Positions 37,570 to 46,895 of a DNA stretch of 64,000 bases are shown here, piece by piece. The number at the start of each line of letters is the position of its first letter. The first letter of the stretch is position 1. Made by a program: the position numbers and the translations under genes. The DNA is from an uncultured Candidatus Saccharibacteria bacterium (GTDB lineage: Bacteria > Patescibacteriota > Doudnabacteria > UBA920). Location of the stretch: NCBI GenBank assembly GCA_964416765.1, contig CAYQEU010000001.1, positions 212,480-276,479 on the forward strand, written 5' to 3'. Below the pieces are notes generated by a model. The model saw nothing but the letters and a program-made list of their open reading frames with translations, had not been told where the DNA came from and made no database searches.

Positions 37570-40011
37570 ATGACACCAGAAGTTACTCCAATGGAAAACC
37601 CCAACTCTGCCGCGACTGAGCACATACCTCACGACCAGCAAACCGGATTCCGCAAATGGCTGCCGTTGGTAGTCTTGGCTTTGGCCCTGGCTATCATAAT
37701 CATTGATACCACTATTTTAAACGTATCACTGCGCACTATTATTAATGACCTCCATACTAATATTAAGAGCATTCAGTGGGTCATTACCGCGTACGCGTTG
37801 ATGCTAGCCGCGTTTACCATTACTGGCGGACGCTTGGGCGACCTGTTCGGCCGCAAAAAGACTTTCATGATCGGTGCTGTGGTTTTTGCCATCGGGTCTT
37901 TGCTTACTGCAATAGCCCACAGCGTCGGAACCATTATTGTTGGTAACGCCATCATTGAAGGGATCGGCGCCTGTTTGATGATGCCTGCGACAGCTTCTTT
38001 GCTGCTCGCCAATTACCGGGGGCGTGACCGCGCCATTGCCTTTGGCGTATGGGGCGGCATTGCCGCTGCTTCCGCCGCTTTGGGTCCGATCGCCGGAGGC
38101 TGGCTTACCGACAACTTTTCCTGGCGCTGGGCTTTCCTTATCAACATTGGCGTCGCCGCCATTTTGATTCTCGGTGCAACTATTATTCGCGAATCCCGCG
38201 ACCAAAAGGAAAAACCGGAACTGGACATTACTGGCATTATCCTGTCGTCTTTGGGGCTGCTAACCCTGGTGTATGGCTTTATTGAAGCTTCAACTTATGG
38301 CTGGCTGCATGCCAAGGAACAGTTGGTATTATTCCACCATACCTTAAACCTGGGGAATTTTTCCGTCACCCCGATATTTGTAGCTTTGGGTTTGGTGATT
38401 CTCGGCCTGTTTGCCCTTTGGGAAAAGCGCGTCATGAGCCGGGGACACACGCCTTTAGTTTCGTTGAACTTGTTTAAAAACCGCCAGTTCCTGGTTGGAT
38501 CCCTTATAACCTCAATTATGACCATCGGGATGGCTGGATTAACTTTTTCCATTCCCGTGTTCCTGCAGGGCGTGCGCAACCTAAGCCCGTTTGATACCGG
38601 GCTGGCCATGCTTCCGATGCCGTTGGCCATTTTCGTTTCCGCACCACTGTCTTCTTTCCTGGTTAAGTTCCTGAAGCCAAAACGGATGGTTCAGGCAGCT
38701 TTGATCATTGCCAGCACCGGTTTCCTTATCCTTCACTATAGTCTGAAGGTGGACGCTACCGTGTGGTCATTGGCACCGGGATTTGCCATCTTCGGGTTTG
38801 GCATGGGGTTCATGTTCGCCCAGCTTTCCAACCTGACTTTGTCCGCGGTTGACGTGCACGAAGCGGGAGAAGCTTCTGGTGTAAACAATACTTTCCGCCA
38901 ATTGGGCCAGAGTTTGGGTTCAGCAATTTTAGGCGCAATTTTGATTTCTTCCCTGGGCACCAATTTAGTTTCAGGTGTTAACAACAGCTCGGTCATTCCT
39001 GAGCCGGCCAAAGTGGCCATTGCGGAGAACATGCGCCGCCAGTCCGACAGTATTGAATTTGGGGGACAAAACGCAAGTGCCGCCAACGCCCCCGAATTTA
39101 TCGTCAATGAAATTACTAACGTGGTCCACCAGGCCACCACTGATGCCAGCCGTGAGGTAACTATTTATGGCGTCGCGTTCTTGTTGTTGGCTTTTATAAT
39201 TTCATTCGGGTTAGAAAATGGCCCTGCCGGAGGACATAACCCTGAAAAAGCTGATGATAGCCCGGAGGCCGAAGCCGTAGTCGCTACTGAAGGGTCGGGA
39301 TCCGAAGAAACAGAACCGGAAGAAGTGGATAACCAGCCTGAGCCAATTACCGCCCAGCGGGGCGTTTCCGCCGGAAAAGCAGGAGCATTGGTTCTCGCCG
39401 GGGTTGTTGTTGCCGGTGCTGCCGCGGGAACAGCAGGATATTATTATGGTAAGAACAAAGGTGTCGCGCCTATTGTGGTACAGCAAAACATTCAGCAGCC
39501 GCAAGTTGCGGGCACTGCGGAGTGGACGCCATTGTTCAACCCGACCGTTCCGCCAACTTCGGTGGACGGGGGATATGCATCAACTGCAAATAATGCCACG
39601 AATTCTTCCAGTGACCAGAGGGTCGCCGGTGCCACCACGGAAACCCCGGTGGCTGCCGTTACCTACACGGACGCGAATGTTAGATTTACCATGAACATGC
39701 CCGCTGATTGGAAAACCGTTTCCAAGAGCAGTGAAGTTACTATAAACACTCCCGACCATCACGCTTACAGCATCCAATCCTATTCCACCGGGAGCGGCCA
39801 GGATGACCAGGCGGGACTACAGGCTTTCCTTAACCGCCAGTCTAACTTAAAGAATATCGAACCCACCACCTTTAATGGCTACAAGGGTTACAGCTTCGAT
39901 GTAGCGGGGTATTATAAAAAAGGTTATGCCATTTTATCCGGCGGCCGGTTGTACTATATATTAGGCACAGTTTTAACTGATCCCGAATTAGCAAGCTTTA
40001 AAACGATGTAA
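37570..40011 (+). CDS. MFS transporter (DHA2/EmrB-QacA-like, 14 TM) fused to a C-terminal ~280-aa extension containing an extra TM and a soluble domain
   Basis: MFS signature GGRLGDLFGRKK. 14 helices in the first ~530 aa, then an acidic linker, one further TM (ALVLAGVVVAGAAAG) and a beta-rich C-terminal domain. Confidence 0.75.
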   Translation: MTPEVTPMENPNSAATEHIPHDQQTGFRKWLPLVVLALALAIIIIDTTILNVSLRTIINDLHTNIKSIQWVITAYALMLAAFTITGGRLGDLFGRKKTFMIGAVVFAIGSLLTAIAHSVGTIIVGNAIIEGIGACLMMPATASLLLANYRGRDRAIAFGVWGGIAAASAALGPIAGGWLTDNFSWRWAFLINIGVAAILILGATIIRESRDQKEKPELDITGIILSSLGLLTLVYGFIEASTYGWLHAKEQLVLFHHTLNLGNFSVTPIFVALGLVILGLFALWEKRVMSRGHTPLVSLNLFKNRQFLVGSLITSIMTIGMAGLTFSIPVFLQGVRNLSPFDTGLAMLPMPLAIFVSAPLSSFLVKFLKPKRMVQAALIIASTGFLILHYSLKVDATVWSLAPGFAIFGFGMGFMFAQLSNLTLSAVDVHEAGEASGVNNTFRQLGQSLGSAILGAILISSLGTNLVSGVNNSSVIPEPAKVAIAENMRRQSDSIEFGGQNASAANAPEFIVNEITNVVHQATTDASREVTIYGVAFLLLAFIISFGLENGPAGGHNPEKADDSPEAEAVVATEGSGSEETEPEEVDNQPEPITAQRGVSAGKAGALVLAGVVVAGAAAGTAGYYYGKNKGVAPIVVQQNIQQPQVAGTAEWTPLFNPTVPPTSVDGGYASTANNATNSSSDQRVAGATTETPVAAVTYTDANVRFTMNMPADWKTVSKSSEVTINTPDHHAYSIQSYSTGSGQDDQAGLQAFLNRQSNLKNIEPTTFNGYKGYSFDVAGYYKKGYAILSGGRLYYILGTVLTDPELASFKTM

Positions 40012-40047
40012 AAAAACGCCCCTAAGGGCGTTTTTATTTTTTCAGGT
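40012..40047. terminator. bidirectional rho-independent terminator
   Basis: aaaaaacgcccctaagggcgttttt followed by atttttt. Confidence 0.6.
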
Positions 40048-40573
40048 ATTTTAGCAGTACTAAAGCGCTTCGTTCTTCGCTCATGCTGCCGTCAAGACAC
40101 ATTTGTTCAGCTTGTTCCCGGGATACCCATTCCATGGCAATGTCTTCACCTTCTTCGAGGTTTTGCGCTTGCTGTTCAGAGTTATTAACCACAAAATAGA
40201 ACAAGTCCCACACTACGGTGGCGCCGCAAACAGATTTGTGGAAGAAAGACAGGTCAGTAATTTTCAGGCCCGCTTCCTCCGAGGCTTCCTTAATAGCGGC
40301 AGCTTTGGCGGCTTGAGCGATGTCTACTCCGCCGGCCAGCGCGGCGTTGTATTCTTCCAACGAATCATAAACTTTTCCGCCGGGTAGACGGTAATCGTAT
40401 GTTTGCAGTTCGTGACGGAATTCTTTTGACAGCAAAACCCCATCATCTTTGGGAATGATCAGCCGCACGCCCGGCGACCGGCGCGCGTATTCAAACGTTT
40501 TGGATTTACCGCCGAGGTCGACTTCCTGCTCGACTACTTCGATAATGCGACCCTGATATGTGATTTTTTCCAT
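40034..40573 (-). CDS. NUDIX hydrolase (ADP-ribose pyrophosphatase-like)
   Basis: Nudix box GGKVYDSLEEY..AAIKEASEEAGL. Confidence 0.7.
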   Translation of the reverse strand: MEKITYQGRIIEVVEQEVDLGGKSKTFEYARRSPGVRLIIPKDDGVLLSKEFRHELQTYDYRLPGGKVYDSLEEYNAALAGGVDIAQAAKAAAIKEASEEAGLKITDLSFFHKSVCGATVVWDLFYFVVNNSEQQAQNLEEGEDIAMEWVSREQAEQMCLDGSMSEERSALVLLKYLKK

Positions 40574-40574
40574 A

Positions 40575-41042
40575 TTACTGTTTTAATTCTGCCAGCGCGG
40601 CCTTGGCATACTGGATTTCCGCGGGGCCAATTGGCCCTTCAATGTGGTCGAGTTCTTCTTCGGTGAACCAACGGCACTCTACTTCAGCTTCATCTTCTTC
40701 CAGTGTTATATGGTCAGACTTGGCCCGGGCAAAATACAGTAGGTTTACGTGTTCATGGTCTTGGTTGATGTTATGCCGGGACAGGAACCGGGGAGGAATG
40801 AGTTCCTTGTAGCCTGGGATTTCCACGTAGATTTGGTTCTTTGGCGGCACCAGCTCAATATCCAATCCTACTTCTTCTTTTACTTCCCGGATTGCGGCCT
40901 GATTCGGATCTTCGTGCGGTTCTATGTGGCCGCCAATTCCGAGCCAGAGACCGTATTTGTCGTGGGTGCGAAGCAATACTTTGTTGTTGTAAACCACCAT
41001 GACGCCGACGGTGAAATCTATTTTATCGTGGATATGGGACAT
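40575..41042 (-). CDS. NUDIX hydrolase
   Basis: Nudix box GGHIEPHEDPNQAAIREVKEEVGLD. Confidence 0.75.
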   Translation of the reverse strand: MSHIHDKIDFTVGVMVVYNNKVLLRTHDKYGLWLGIGGHIEPHEDPNQAAIREVKEEVGLDIELVPPKNQIYVEIPGYKELIPPRFLSRHNINQDHEHVNLLYFARAKSDHITLEEDEAEVECRWFTEEELDHIEGPIGPAEIQYAKAALAELKQ

Positions 41043-42133
41043 TATTTATAGCCGGTTAAAAGTTTACTTTCACGTTTGAATCGGGCAATAGCGAGTTCAA
41101 TGAGTTTGTCGATTAGCTTGGGGTAGGAGAGTCCGGATGCCTGCCATAGCTTGGGATACATGCTGATTTTGGTAAAGCCGGGGATGGTGTTAACTTCGTT
41201 CACATATACCTTCCCTTTAGCGGTCATGAATACGTCAACGCGCGACATCCCCTCGAGGTTTAATACCTTAAAGGTTTTCAGCGCGAGTTCCTGGATTTCT
41301 TTCATTTTTGCTTTGGTTAGCCGCGCGGGAATTTCCAACCCCGCGCCATCTTCGTCTATATACTTGGCTTCGTAGGAATAAAATTCATGGTGCGGGAGAA
41401 TCTCGCCAACTACGGAAGCCTTGGGGTTTTCGTTGCCCAAGACCGCGCATTCGAGTTCACGGCCCTTAATAAATTCCTCAACAATAATTTTAGTGTCGAA
41501 TTGGAACGCTTCTTTAATGGCCTTTTTGAATTCGGCTTCATTATGGGCCTTGCGCACACCAATGGACGAGCCCATATTGGCGGGTTTTATAAATACCGGC
41601 ATTTTGAGGGAGGATTTTACTTTCTTAAAGTCAATCTTATCGGCAAAGGTAAAGGTAAAAGATTTGGCGGTATTGATCCCCGCTTCCTTCAGTAACCGCT
41701 TCATTACGTCTTTGTCCATGCCCACTGCTGACCCTAAGACTCCTGGCCCCACGAATGGAATCCCGGCCAGCTTTAATAGTCCCTGCATTGTGCCATCTTC
41801 ACCCAAGGGGCCATGGAGTACAGGGAATACGACGTCAATCTTTCCGGCGCTGCCTCTCTCTAAAGTCACTAATTCGCTTGAGCTGTCGGCGCGCATGACC
41901 GCGGTATTGTTCGCCTTATTCAGTTTTATAAGGTTGGGGTCGTTACCGTTCAAAAGGAAGTTAGCCTCGCTCTTATGCCAAACGCCTTTTTTGTCGATGC
42001 CGATTAATACGGGTTCATACTTGGTTTTGTCCAGGGCATCAATAACGTTTTTGGCGGATTGCAGGGAAACTTCGTGCTCGGCGGACTTGCCGCCGAAAAT
42101 AATACCGACTCTAATTTTTTTCTTTGCGCTCAT
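41042..42133 (-). CDS. ddl: D-alanine--D-alanine ligase
   Basis: VFPVLHGPLGEDGTMQG.. and ATP-grasp motifs. 363 aa. Confidence 0.85.
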   Translation of the reverse strand: MSAKKKIRVGIIFGGKSAEHEVSLQSAKNVIDALDKTKYEPVLIGIDKKGVWHKSEANFLLNGNDPNLIKLNKANNTAVMRADSSSELVTLERGSAGKIDVVFPVLHGPLGEDGTMQGLLKLAGIPFVGPGVLGSAVGMDKDVMKRLLKEAGINTAKSFTFTFADKIDFKKVKSSLKMPVFIKPANMGSSIGVRKAHNEAEFKKAIKEAFQFDTKIIVEEFIKGRELECAVLGNENPKASVVGEILPHHEFYSYEAKYIDEDGAGLEIPARLTKAKMKEIQELALKTFKVLNLEGMSRVDVFMTAKGKVYVNEVNTIPGFTKISMYPKLWQASGLSYPKLIDKLIELAIARFKRESKLLTGYK

Positions 42134-42135
42134 TG

Positions 42136-42990
42136 TTATGGTAATTGGTTAGTATCTATGCCGTTGTTACGGTAATTTTCATTTAAGCCGTCCAAGGCGG
42201 CCATGTCTTCTTCTGTGATGTCAAAATTAAAGACATCAATGTTTTCCTTAATGCGTTGTTGGTGGGTTGATTTGGGAAGAGGGATACATCCGTGCTGCAT
42301 GCTCCAGCGAATCAAAACTTGCGCGTTGCTTTTGCTGTACTTTTGGGCAATCGCCGTAATCCTCTCATCACCAATGCGGGAACCGTGAATGAGTGGGCAA
42401 TATGCTTGAAGCAATATGTTCTGGGAAGCACAGTAATCCAGCAGGTCTTTTTGGTATAGAAAAGGGTGGAATTCAACTTGATTTACCGCGGGGGTTATTG
42501 TGGCGTATTCTTTCATTTCTTCCAAATGCTTTATGGCATAGTTGGATACGCCTATAGCTTTGGCTTTTCCGGCGGCATAAATTTCTTCCATGGCTTTCCA
42601 GCTTTCTTTCCGTTTGGGCTGCACACTTTGGATTAATTCCCCAACCGGCCAGACCGGGATTGGCCAATGCACCAGGTAGAGATCCGCATAATCAAGGCCG
42701 AGTTTACTTAGTGATTCATCTATGGCTGCGTGGGCGCTCTCGTATCCCTGGTCCGCGTTCCATAGTTTTGTCGTTATGAACAGTTCCTCTCTGGGAATTC
42801 CCGATTTCTTTATGGCTCGTCCGACTCCTTCTTCATTGCCGTAAATTTTCGCGGTATCAATCAACCGGTAGCCAGCTTCAAGCGCCCACAGCACTGCCTG
42901 CTCCACGTCGGTCCCATCGCTGACTTTCCAGGTACCCAGACCAAGGTGGGGAATACTGACGCCATTATTTAAAGTTAGGGTTTTTTCCAT
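42136..42990 (-). CDS. aldo/keto reductase (2,5-diketo-D-gluconate reductase-like)
   Basis: LGLGTWK, IDTAKIYGNE and LYLVHWP motifs. Confidence 0.8.
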   Translation of the reverse strand: MEKTLTLNNGVSIPHLGLGTWKVSDGTDVEQAVLWALEAGYRLIDTAKIYGNEEGVGRAIKKSGIPREELFITTKLWNADQGYESAHAAIDESLSKLGLDYADLYLVHWPIPVWPVGELIQSVQPKRKESWKAMEEIYAAGKAKAIGVSNYAIKHLEEMKEYATITPAVNQVEFHPFLYQKDLLDYCASQNILLQAYCPLIHGSRIGDERITAIAQKYSKSNAQVLIRWSMQHGCIPLPKSTHQQRIKENIDVFNFDITEEDMAALDGLNENYRNNGIDTNQLP

Positions 42991-43001
42991 ATGTTTAGCG
43001 T

Positions 43002-43586
43002 TTACTTCTTGTTCCAGGCGCGCGCCAGCTGGTTTATTAGTTCACCAAGACCTGTTTTGTCTACGGTGGAAAAGGGAATAACCGGATAAGGGGCCGCCGC
43101 CTCCGATACCAGCTTGATTTGTTTTGCTTGTTCGCCGCGCTTGAGTTTATCAATCTTATTAGCCAAAACAATTACGTTTTTACTGCTCTGGGACAGGTCA
43201 GCGAGCATCTCTCGGTCGAGGTCAGTAAGGCCAACCTTAGCGTCCACTATTAACACGACCGCGCCCTGGGAAACTTCCGATTCAAACAGATACCAGTCGA
43301 TGAGTTCACGTAAAATTTCGCGGTTCTCTTTGGAGCCGCGGGCAAAGCCGTAACCGGGAAGGTCAACCAGGTAAAACTGCTTGTTTATTAGAAAAAGGTT
43401 TATTACTTTAGTATGCCCCGGGGTGGGGCTGGAGCGTGCCAAATCTTTTTGCTGGGCCAGAACATTGATGACGCTGGATTTGCCAACGTTGGAGCGGCCA
43501 ATAAAAGCGACCTGGGGGGTGCCGTCATAAAGGACATCGTCGTCTCCAACCAGGCTTTTAATGAATTTTGCGGAAGTTATTTTCAT
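43002..43586 (-). CDS. engB: ribosome-biogenesis GTPase YsxC/EngB
   Basis: G1 VAFIGRSNVGKSS, G3 DLPGYG, and NKIDK. Confidence 0.8.
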   Translation of the reverse strand: MKITSAKFIKSLVGDDDVLYDGTPQVAFIGRSNVGKSSVINVLAQQKDLARSSPTPGHTKVINLFLINKQFYLVDLPGYGFARGSKENREILRELIDWYLFESEVSQGAVVLIVDAKVGLTDLDREMLADLSQSSKNVIVLANKIDKLKRGEQAKQIKLVSEAAAPYPVIPFSTVDKTGLGELINQLARAWNKK

Positions 43587-43604
43587 GCTCTTTTATAGTA
43601 CCAA

Positions 43605-43634
43605 AAAACCGCCCGGTAATATAGGGCGGTTTTG
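43605..43634. terminator. hairpin terminator downstream of the 43649 minus-strand gene
   Basis: aaaaaccgccc ggtaatata gggcggtttt. Confidence 0.5.
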
Positions 43635-43648
43635 CTTGTTTAAAGGAT

Positions 43649-44467
43649 TTACCGGTCGGAATTGGAGTTAATTGGGAAATTGGCGTTGCCTCTTGCGTTA
43701 ACATTTCCGCTGCTGGAGGCCTTAAAGCCAGCTAGCAGCTTCACTATTTTACCGGCATCCTGCCGGGCTGTTTTCAGGTCGGCGACCGCTGTTTTAATCT
43801 TTGCCCGGGCATCCTTCAAAGCTTGGGCATTGGTTTGCGCGACTGTTTTATCACCATTATCCGGTTGTAATCCAGAAACCAGATCAATGGCAGCCTGAGC
43901 CTGGGTATTGGCATCGAGTATCTTGCTGTGCATTTCCGCCATAAGAGCTACTGCTGAGCTGGTGTCGTTTCCGTCTGTCTTAGCCTGGTCTAAGCGGGCT
44001 TGCAATTTGGTTTCGAACGAGGTCATAAGGCTGACTATATTCAACACACGGTCCGCGGCTGCTTCAATGCGGCCTTGGGGCAAAACCAGCATGTAAATTC
44101 GGTAGCCCTTGGTAAGTGACTGGGAATCTTCCCTGATCGCCGCGATATCTGTTTCCCCTCCTACTTTTGTTTTCAGCTGGTTCATGTCCGTAATGGATAC
44201 CTGGATAGAAGCCGTTAGGGAGGTTTTTTCCGGGGCTGACAGCCGTTTCATTTCGTTGATCCTCGCGGTCAACTCATTCATTGCTTTGATTCGGTTGTCA
44301 ATTTGGGTGGTTGTCTTGGTCCGCAAAGCTTCGGCGGCAGTGTCAGTCCCGACGCGGGTATTGCTTTGTTTGCTTACGGTCATGGCTTGGGCACCAAACG
44401 CTGGTAGCGTCACCGCACTAATAGCAAGGATAGTGAGGGCGGCGGAAAAGAAATTTAGTTTTTTCAT
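43649..44467 (-). CDS. hypothetical secreted protein (signal peptide, alpha-helical/coiled-coil)
   Basis: N-terminal signal peptide MKKLNFFSAALTILAISAVTLPAFGA, then Ala/Thr/Lys/Gln-rich helical sequence. Confidence 0.45.
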   Translation of the reverse strand: MKKLNFFSAALTILAISAVTLPAFGAQAMTVSKQSNTRVGTDTAAEALRTKTTTQIDNRIKAMNELTARINEMKRLSAPEKTSLTASIQVSITDMNQLKTKVGGETDIAAIREDSQSLTKGYRIYMLVLPQGRIEAAADRVLNIVSLMTSFETKLQARLDQAKTDGNDTSSAVALMAEMHSKILDANTQAQAAIDLVSGLQPDNGDKTVAQTNAQALKDARAKIKTAVADLKTARQDAGKIVKLLAGFKASSSGNVNARGNANFPINSNSDR

Positions 44468-44484
44468 GTTATTGGAAAAGTTAA

Positions 44485-44784
44485 TTACTGGGGATTAGCG
44501 CTTTGGTCCATTTGGTTTGCGTCGTTTCCCAAATTATTCATCTGGTTATCTATATTATTGAGGTCGGTATCCAGAGAAGAATTTGAGTTGTCTGAATTGG
44601 TAGTTTCGGAATTAGCGTTACCGTTTGTTGCTTCACTATTGTAATTTGCGGAATTATCCACGGTATTCGCTTCGTAATTGTTGGCGTTATTGGTATAGGA
44701 ATTACGGGCCAGCGCATACCACACCGCTCCGATTAGCAATATGATCACTACTAAGATGCTGGCTATTTTGGCGTTTTTTGACAT
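44485..44784 (-). CDS. small membrane-anchored Asn/Ser-rich low-complexity protein
   Basis: One TM, then an N-, S- and D-rich low-complexity sequence. Co-directional with the upstream gene. Confidence 0.35.
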   Translation of the reverse strand: MSKNAKIASILVVIILLIGAVWYALARNSYTNNANNYEANTVDNSANYNSEATNGNANSETTNSDNSNSSLDTDLNNIDNQMNNLGNDANQMDQSANPQ

Positions 44785-45053
44785 AGGGAAAGTTTATTTA
44801 ATGCTAAGCCATAGGGCGGCGTACCACCCTACTAAGTATACACCCAATCCGTCATTTATATCGCTCGCCACACAGGGCAAGTTTCGTATTAATGTGCCAC
44901 AATGCGTCTTCATGATTCTTCATTAAATCTTTATCTGGCTTACTCGAGTTATAGCCACTTTAGTTAAGCGGTAAAAAAACCGACACCTTTTGGGGACTAT
45001 TCCGTTTATTAATACAACTACAAATTAACGCATCAATGAAGGAGGTGAAAAAT

Positions 45054-45152
45054 ATGCCAAAGGATAATGGAGGTCAGTTCCAGGAGGGAAGTGACCGTGC
45101 TCGTGAAGCCGGTCAAAAGGGGGGTCAAAGCAGCAGTGGGGGTAATCAATAA
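45054..45152 (+). CDS. KGG-repeat stress-induced small protein (32 aa), not in the ORF track
   Basis: RBS aAGGAGGTGa 6 nt upstream. MPKDNGGQFQEGSDRAREAGQKGGQSSSGGNQ matches the KGG stress-induced repeat family (YciG/YmdF-like). Confidence 0.5.
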   Translation: MPKDNGGQFQEGSDRAREAGQKGGQSSSGGNQ

Positions 45153-45187
45153 GTTTTAACTTAATCTATATGAGGAGGTGAGTATAT

Positions 45188-45274
45188 ATGGCACGAGGAA
45201 ACCAAGATTCAAAACGTGATTCCCAAGGGGGAAATCGCAAACAAGGGGACAGTTCCCACGATAGTAATAGATAA
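45188..45274 (+). CDS. second small hydrophilic protein (28 aa), KGG-like, not in the ORF track
   Basis: RBS GAGGAGGTGa upstream. MARGNQDSKRDSQGGNRKQGDSSHDSNR sits in tandem with the previous gene. Confidence 0.4.
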   Translation: MARGNQDSKRDSQGGNRKQGDSSHDSNR

Positions 45275-45314
45275 ACATTCCGCACGGCATTAATGCAAAA
45301 ATACGATCTTTTTT

Positions 45315-45343
45315 ACTCTGCAAAATATAAACTATTTTGCAGA
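45315..45343. repeat. perfect 12-bp-arm palindrome CTCTGCAAAATA-taaac-TATTTTGCAGAG
   Basis: Read directly from the sequence. The same CTCTGCAA..TTGCAGAG core recurs at 63235-63252. Confidence 0.5.
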
Positions 45344-45625
45344 GAATAAAGGCTCGTATAAAGATAAATATATGAGAAAAAACTTAAGTATAACAGTGGC
45401 GGATGTACGACGGGGCATGAAATCCAAACTCACCAGCTTAAAGCAAATTAGGGTGGATTGTTCAAGGCAGTTGAGGAGCTTTGGGCTGGGACTAAGGCTC
45501 CGGGTCAAAAACAGGTCTGTTAGGTCTGATATAGTGCCCCGGCACGGGCTAAGCAAGATATTCCGTTAGGATATAGAAAAGGCAGCCGACGTTAATGGTC
45601 GCTGCCTTTCCGCTGTTTATCACTG

Positions 45626-45784
45626 TTACTCTGCGTTGTCTTCCTTGCACCCGACTACGCTGCCGCAATCCTTACAGGAAGTAATCTCCCTGTCCATCGG
45701 TGCTCCGCATCCTGATGCGGAATTTGAACGCCAAGTAAAAGTATTATTATGGTCGCAATCTTCTGGTGCTAGCTTCTCAACCAT
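45626..45784 (-). CDS. Cys-rich small protein (52 aa; four Cys pairs, Zn-ribbon-like)
   Basis: GGGAGGAG RBS precedes the internal ATG (MVEKLAPEDCDHNN..CGAP..CKDCGSVVGC..). The ORF track extends to 45829 without an RBS. Confidence 0.4.
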   Translation of the reverse strand: MVEKLAPEDCDHNNTFTWRSNSASGCGAPMDREITSCKDCGSVVGCKEDNAE

Positions 45785-45826
45785 GGTCTCCTCCCGAATA
45801 TAAAATTGACTGCGAGTTAAGTATAC

Positions 45827-45854
45827 CAAAAAACCGCCTTTTAGGCGGTTTTTA
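45827..45854. terminator. hairpin terminator aaaaaccgcc-tttta-ggcggttttt
   Basis: Perfect stem with A and T flanks. It is downstream of the 45857 minus-strand gene. Confidence 0.55.
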
Positions 45855-45856
45855 TG

Positions 45857-46153
45857 TTAACCCCGGAAATTCCTCATTCGGTCGTTAAATTGGCGGCGGC
45901 GGAACTCTTCGTCCAGTTCTTCGGTGCTTTTTTGCGGCTGAACTTCTTGCTCTTGTTTCTGCATGAATTTTTCCGTCAGCTTGTCTATTGCTACTCTGTC
46001 GTCGTTTTCGGAGCTTTCTTCTTTACCGGATTCTTCTCCTGTCTGTTCATCAGTACTCTGTTCATGGCGCCTTTGTATATCTAAGTCAGTTTCGGGGATG
46101 CTGTCTACCGGCGGGATGGAGTGGCTTTCAAATGAGATTTTATTTTCTGGCAT
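45857..46153 (-). CDS. acidic hypothetical protein
   Basis: 98 aa, Glu/Asp/Gln-rich, immediately upstream of the CPBP protease gene. Confidence 0.35.
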   Translation of the reverse strand: MPENKISFESHSIPPVDSIPETDLDIQRRHEQSTDEQTGEESGKEESSENDDRVAIDKLTEKFMQKQEQEVQPQKSTEELDEEFRRRQFNDRMRNFRG

Positions 46154-46157
46154 TTAG

Positions 46158-46895
46158 TTAAGATATTAAATGAAGCAAGAAAGGAATGAGAACAAACATT
46201 GTCAGGTCAGCGGTGGCATGAGAAAACATGGCCGACGGCAATCCTTTTTTCCAGTACAGCCAGCCGAAGACCAATCCGCCCAAACCGTTCAAGACGATAG
46301 CACGGACGACCACCAAGGGGGTAATGGCGGCGAGCGCAGCAGTCGCCGGTAAATGGCCCAGGCCAAAGAGTATTGCCGCCAGTACTATTGATGCCCACAT
46401 TAAGCCAGTGTGATTTTTAGGTTCGGCGACGCCGCCAATTTTCGCAAATATCCAAACGAATAGCGATACAAAGAATAATCTCATAAGCAACTCTTCAACA
46501 ATCCCGCCGTACAAAGGGACTATGAGCATTTTCCAGGTATCAATTTTTACTGATTCTATGGTTAGGTTGGGAAGAAACCGGCTGAAAGCATGGTCACCCA
46601 CGGTGATGAGCACCGCCGCTAGTACTCCAAGAGCAACAGATATCGCAATTGTCTTGGTTTTGGTTTCATTATTATGAACTAAGTCGGTGGAAAGTCCCGT
46701 AGCGCGCGCCGCTCTGAGGCCAAAGAATACTGCGACCGCTAGAATTACACTAGTTTGCACCAGGATTAGCAACACTATGACCGGAAGAGGAAAAGGCGCG
46801 TTTTTTAGGGAAGACTCTAATAGGGACAGGATATAAGGAATTCCTGCCGCGGTTCCAAGAAGCCCTAAAAGCAAATAGCCAAAAAATCTTTTCAT
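46158..46895 (-). CDS. CPBP-family intramembrane metalloprotease (CAAX protease/Abi-like)
   Basis: EELLMRLFF (EExxxR) and FGLGHL motifs. Six to seven TM helices. Confidence 0.7.
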   Translation of the reverse strand: MKRFFGYLLLGLLGTAAGIPYILSLLESSLKNAPFPLPVIVLLILVQTSVILAVAVFFGLRAARATGLSTDLVHNNETKTKTIAISVALGVLAAVLITVGDHAFSRFLPNLTIESVKIDTWKMLIVPLYGGIVEELLMRLFFVSLFVWIFAKIGGVAEPKNHTGLMWASIVLAAILFGLGHLPATAALAAITPLVVVRAIVLNGLGGLVFGWLYWKKGLPSAMFSHATADLTMFVLIPFLLHLIS

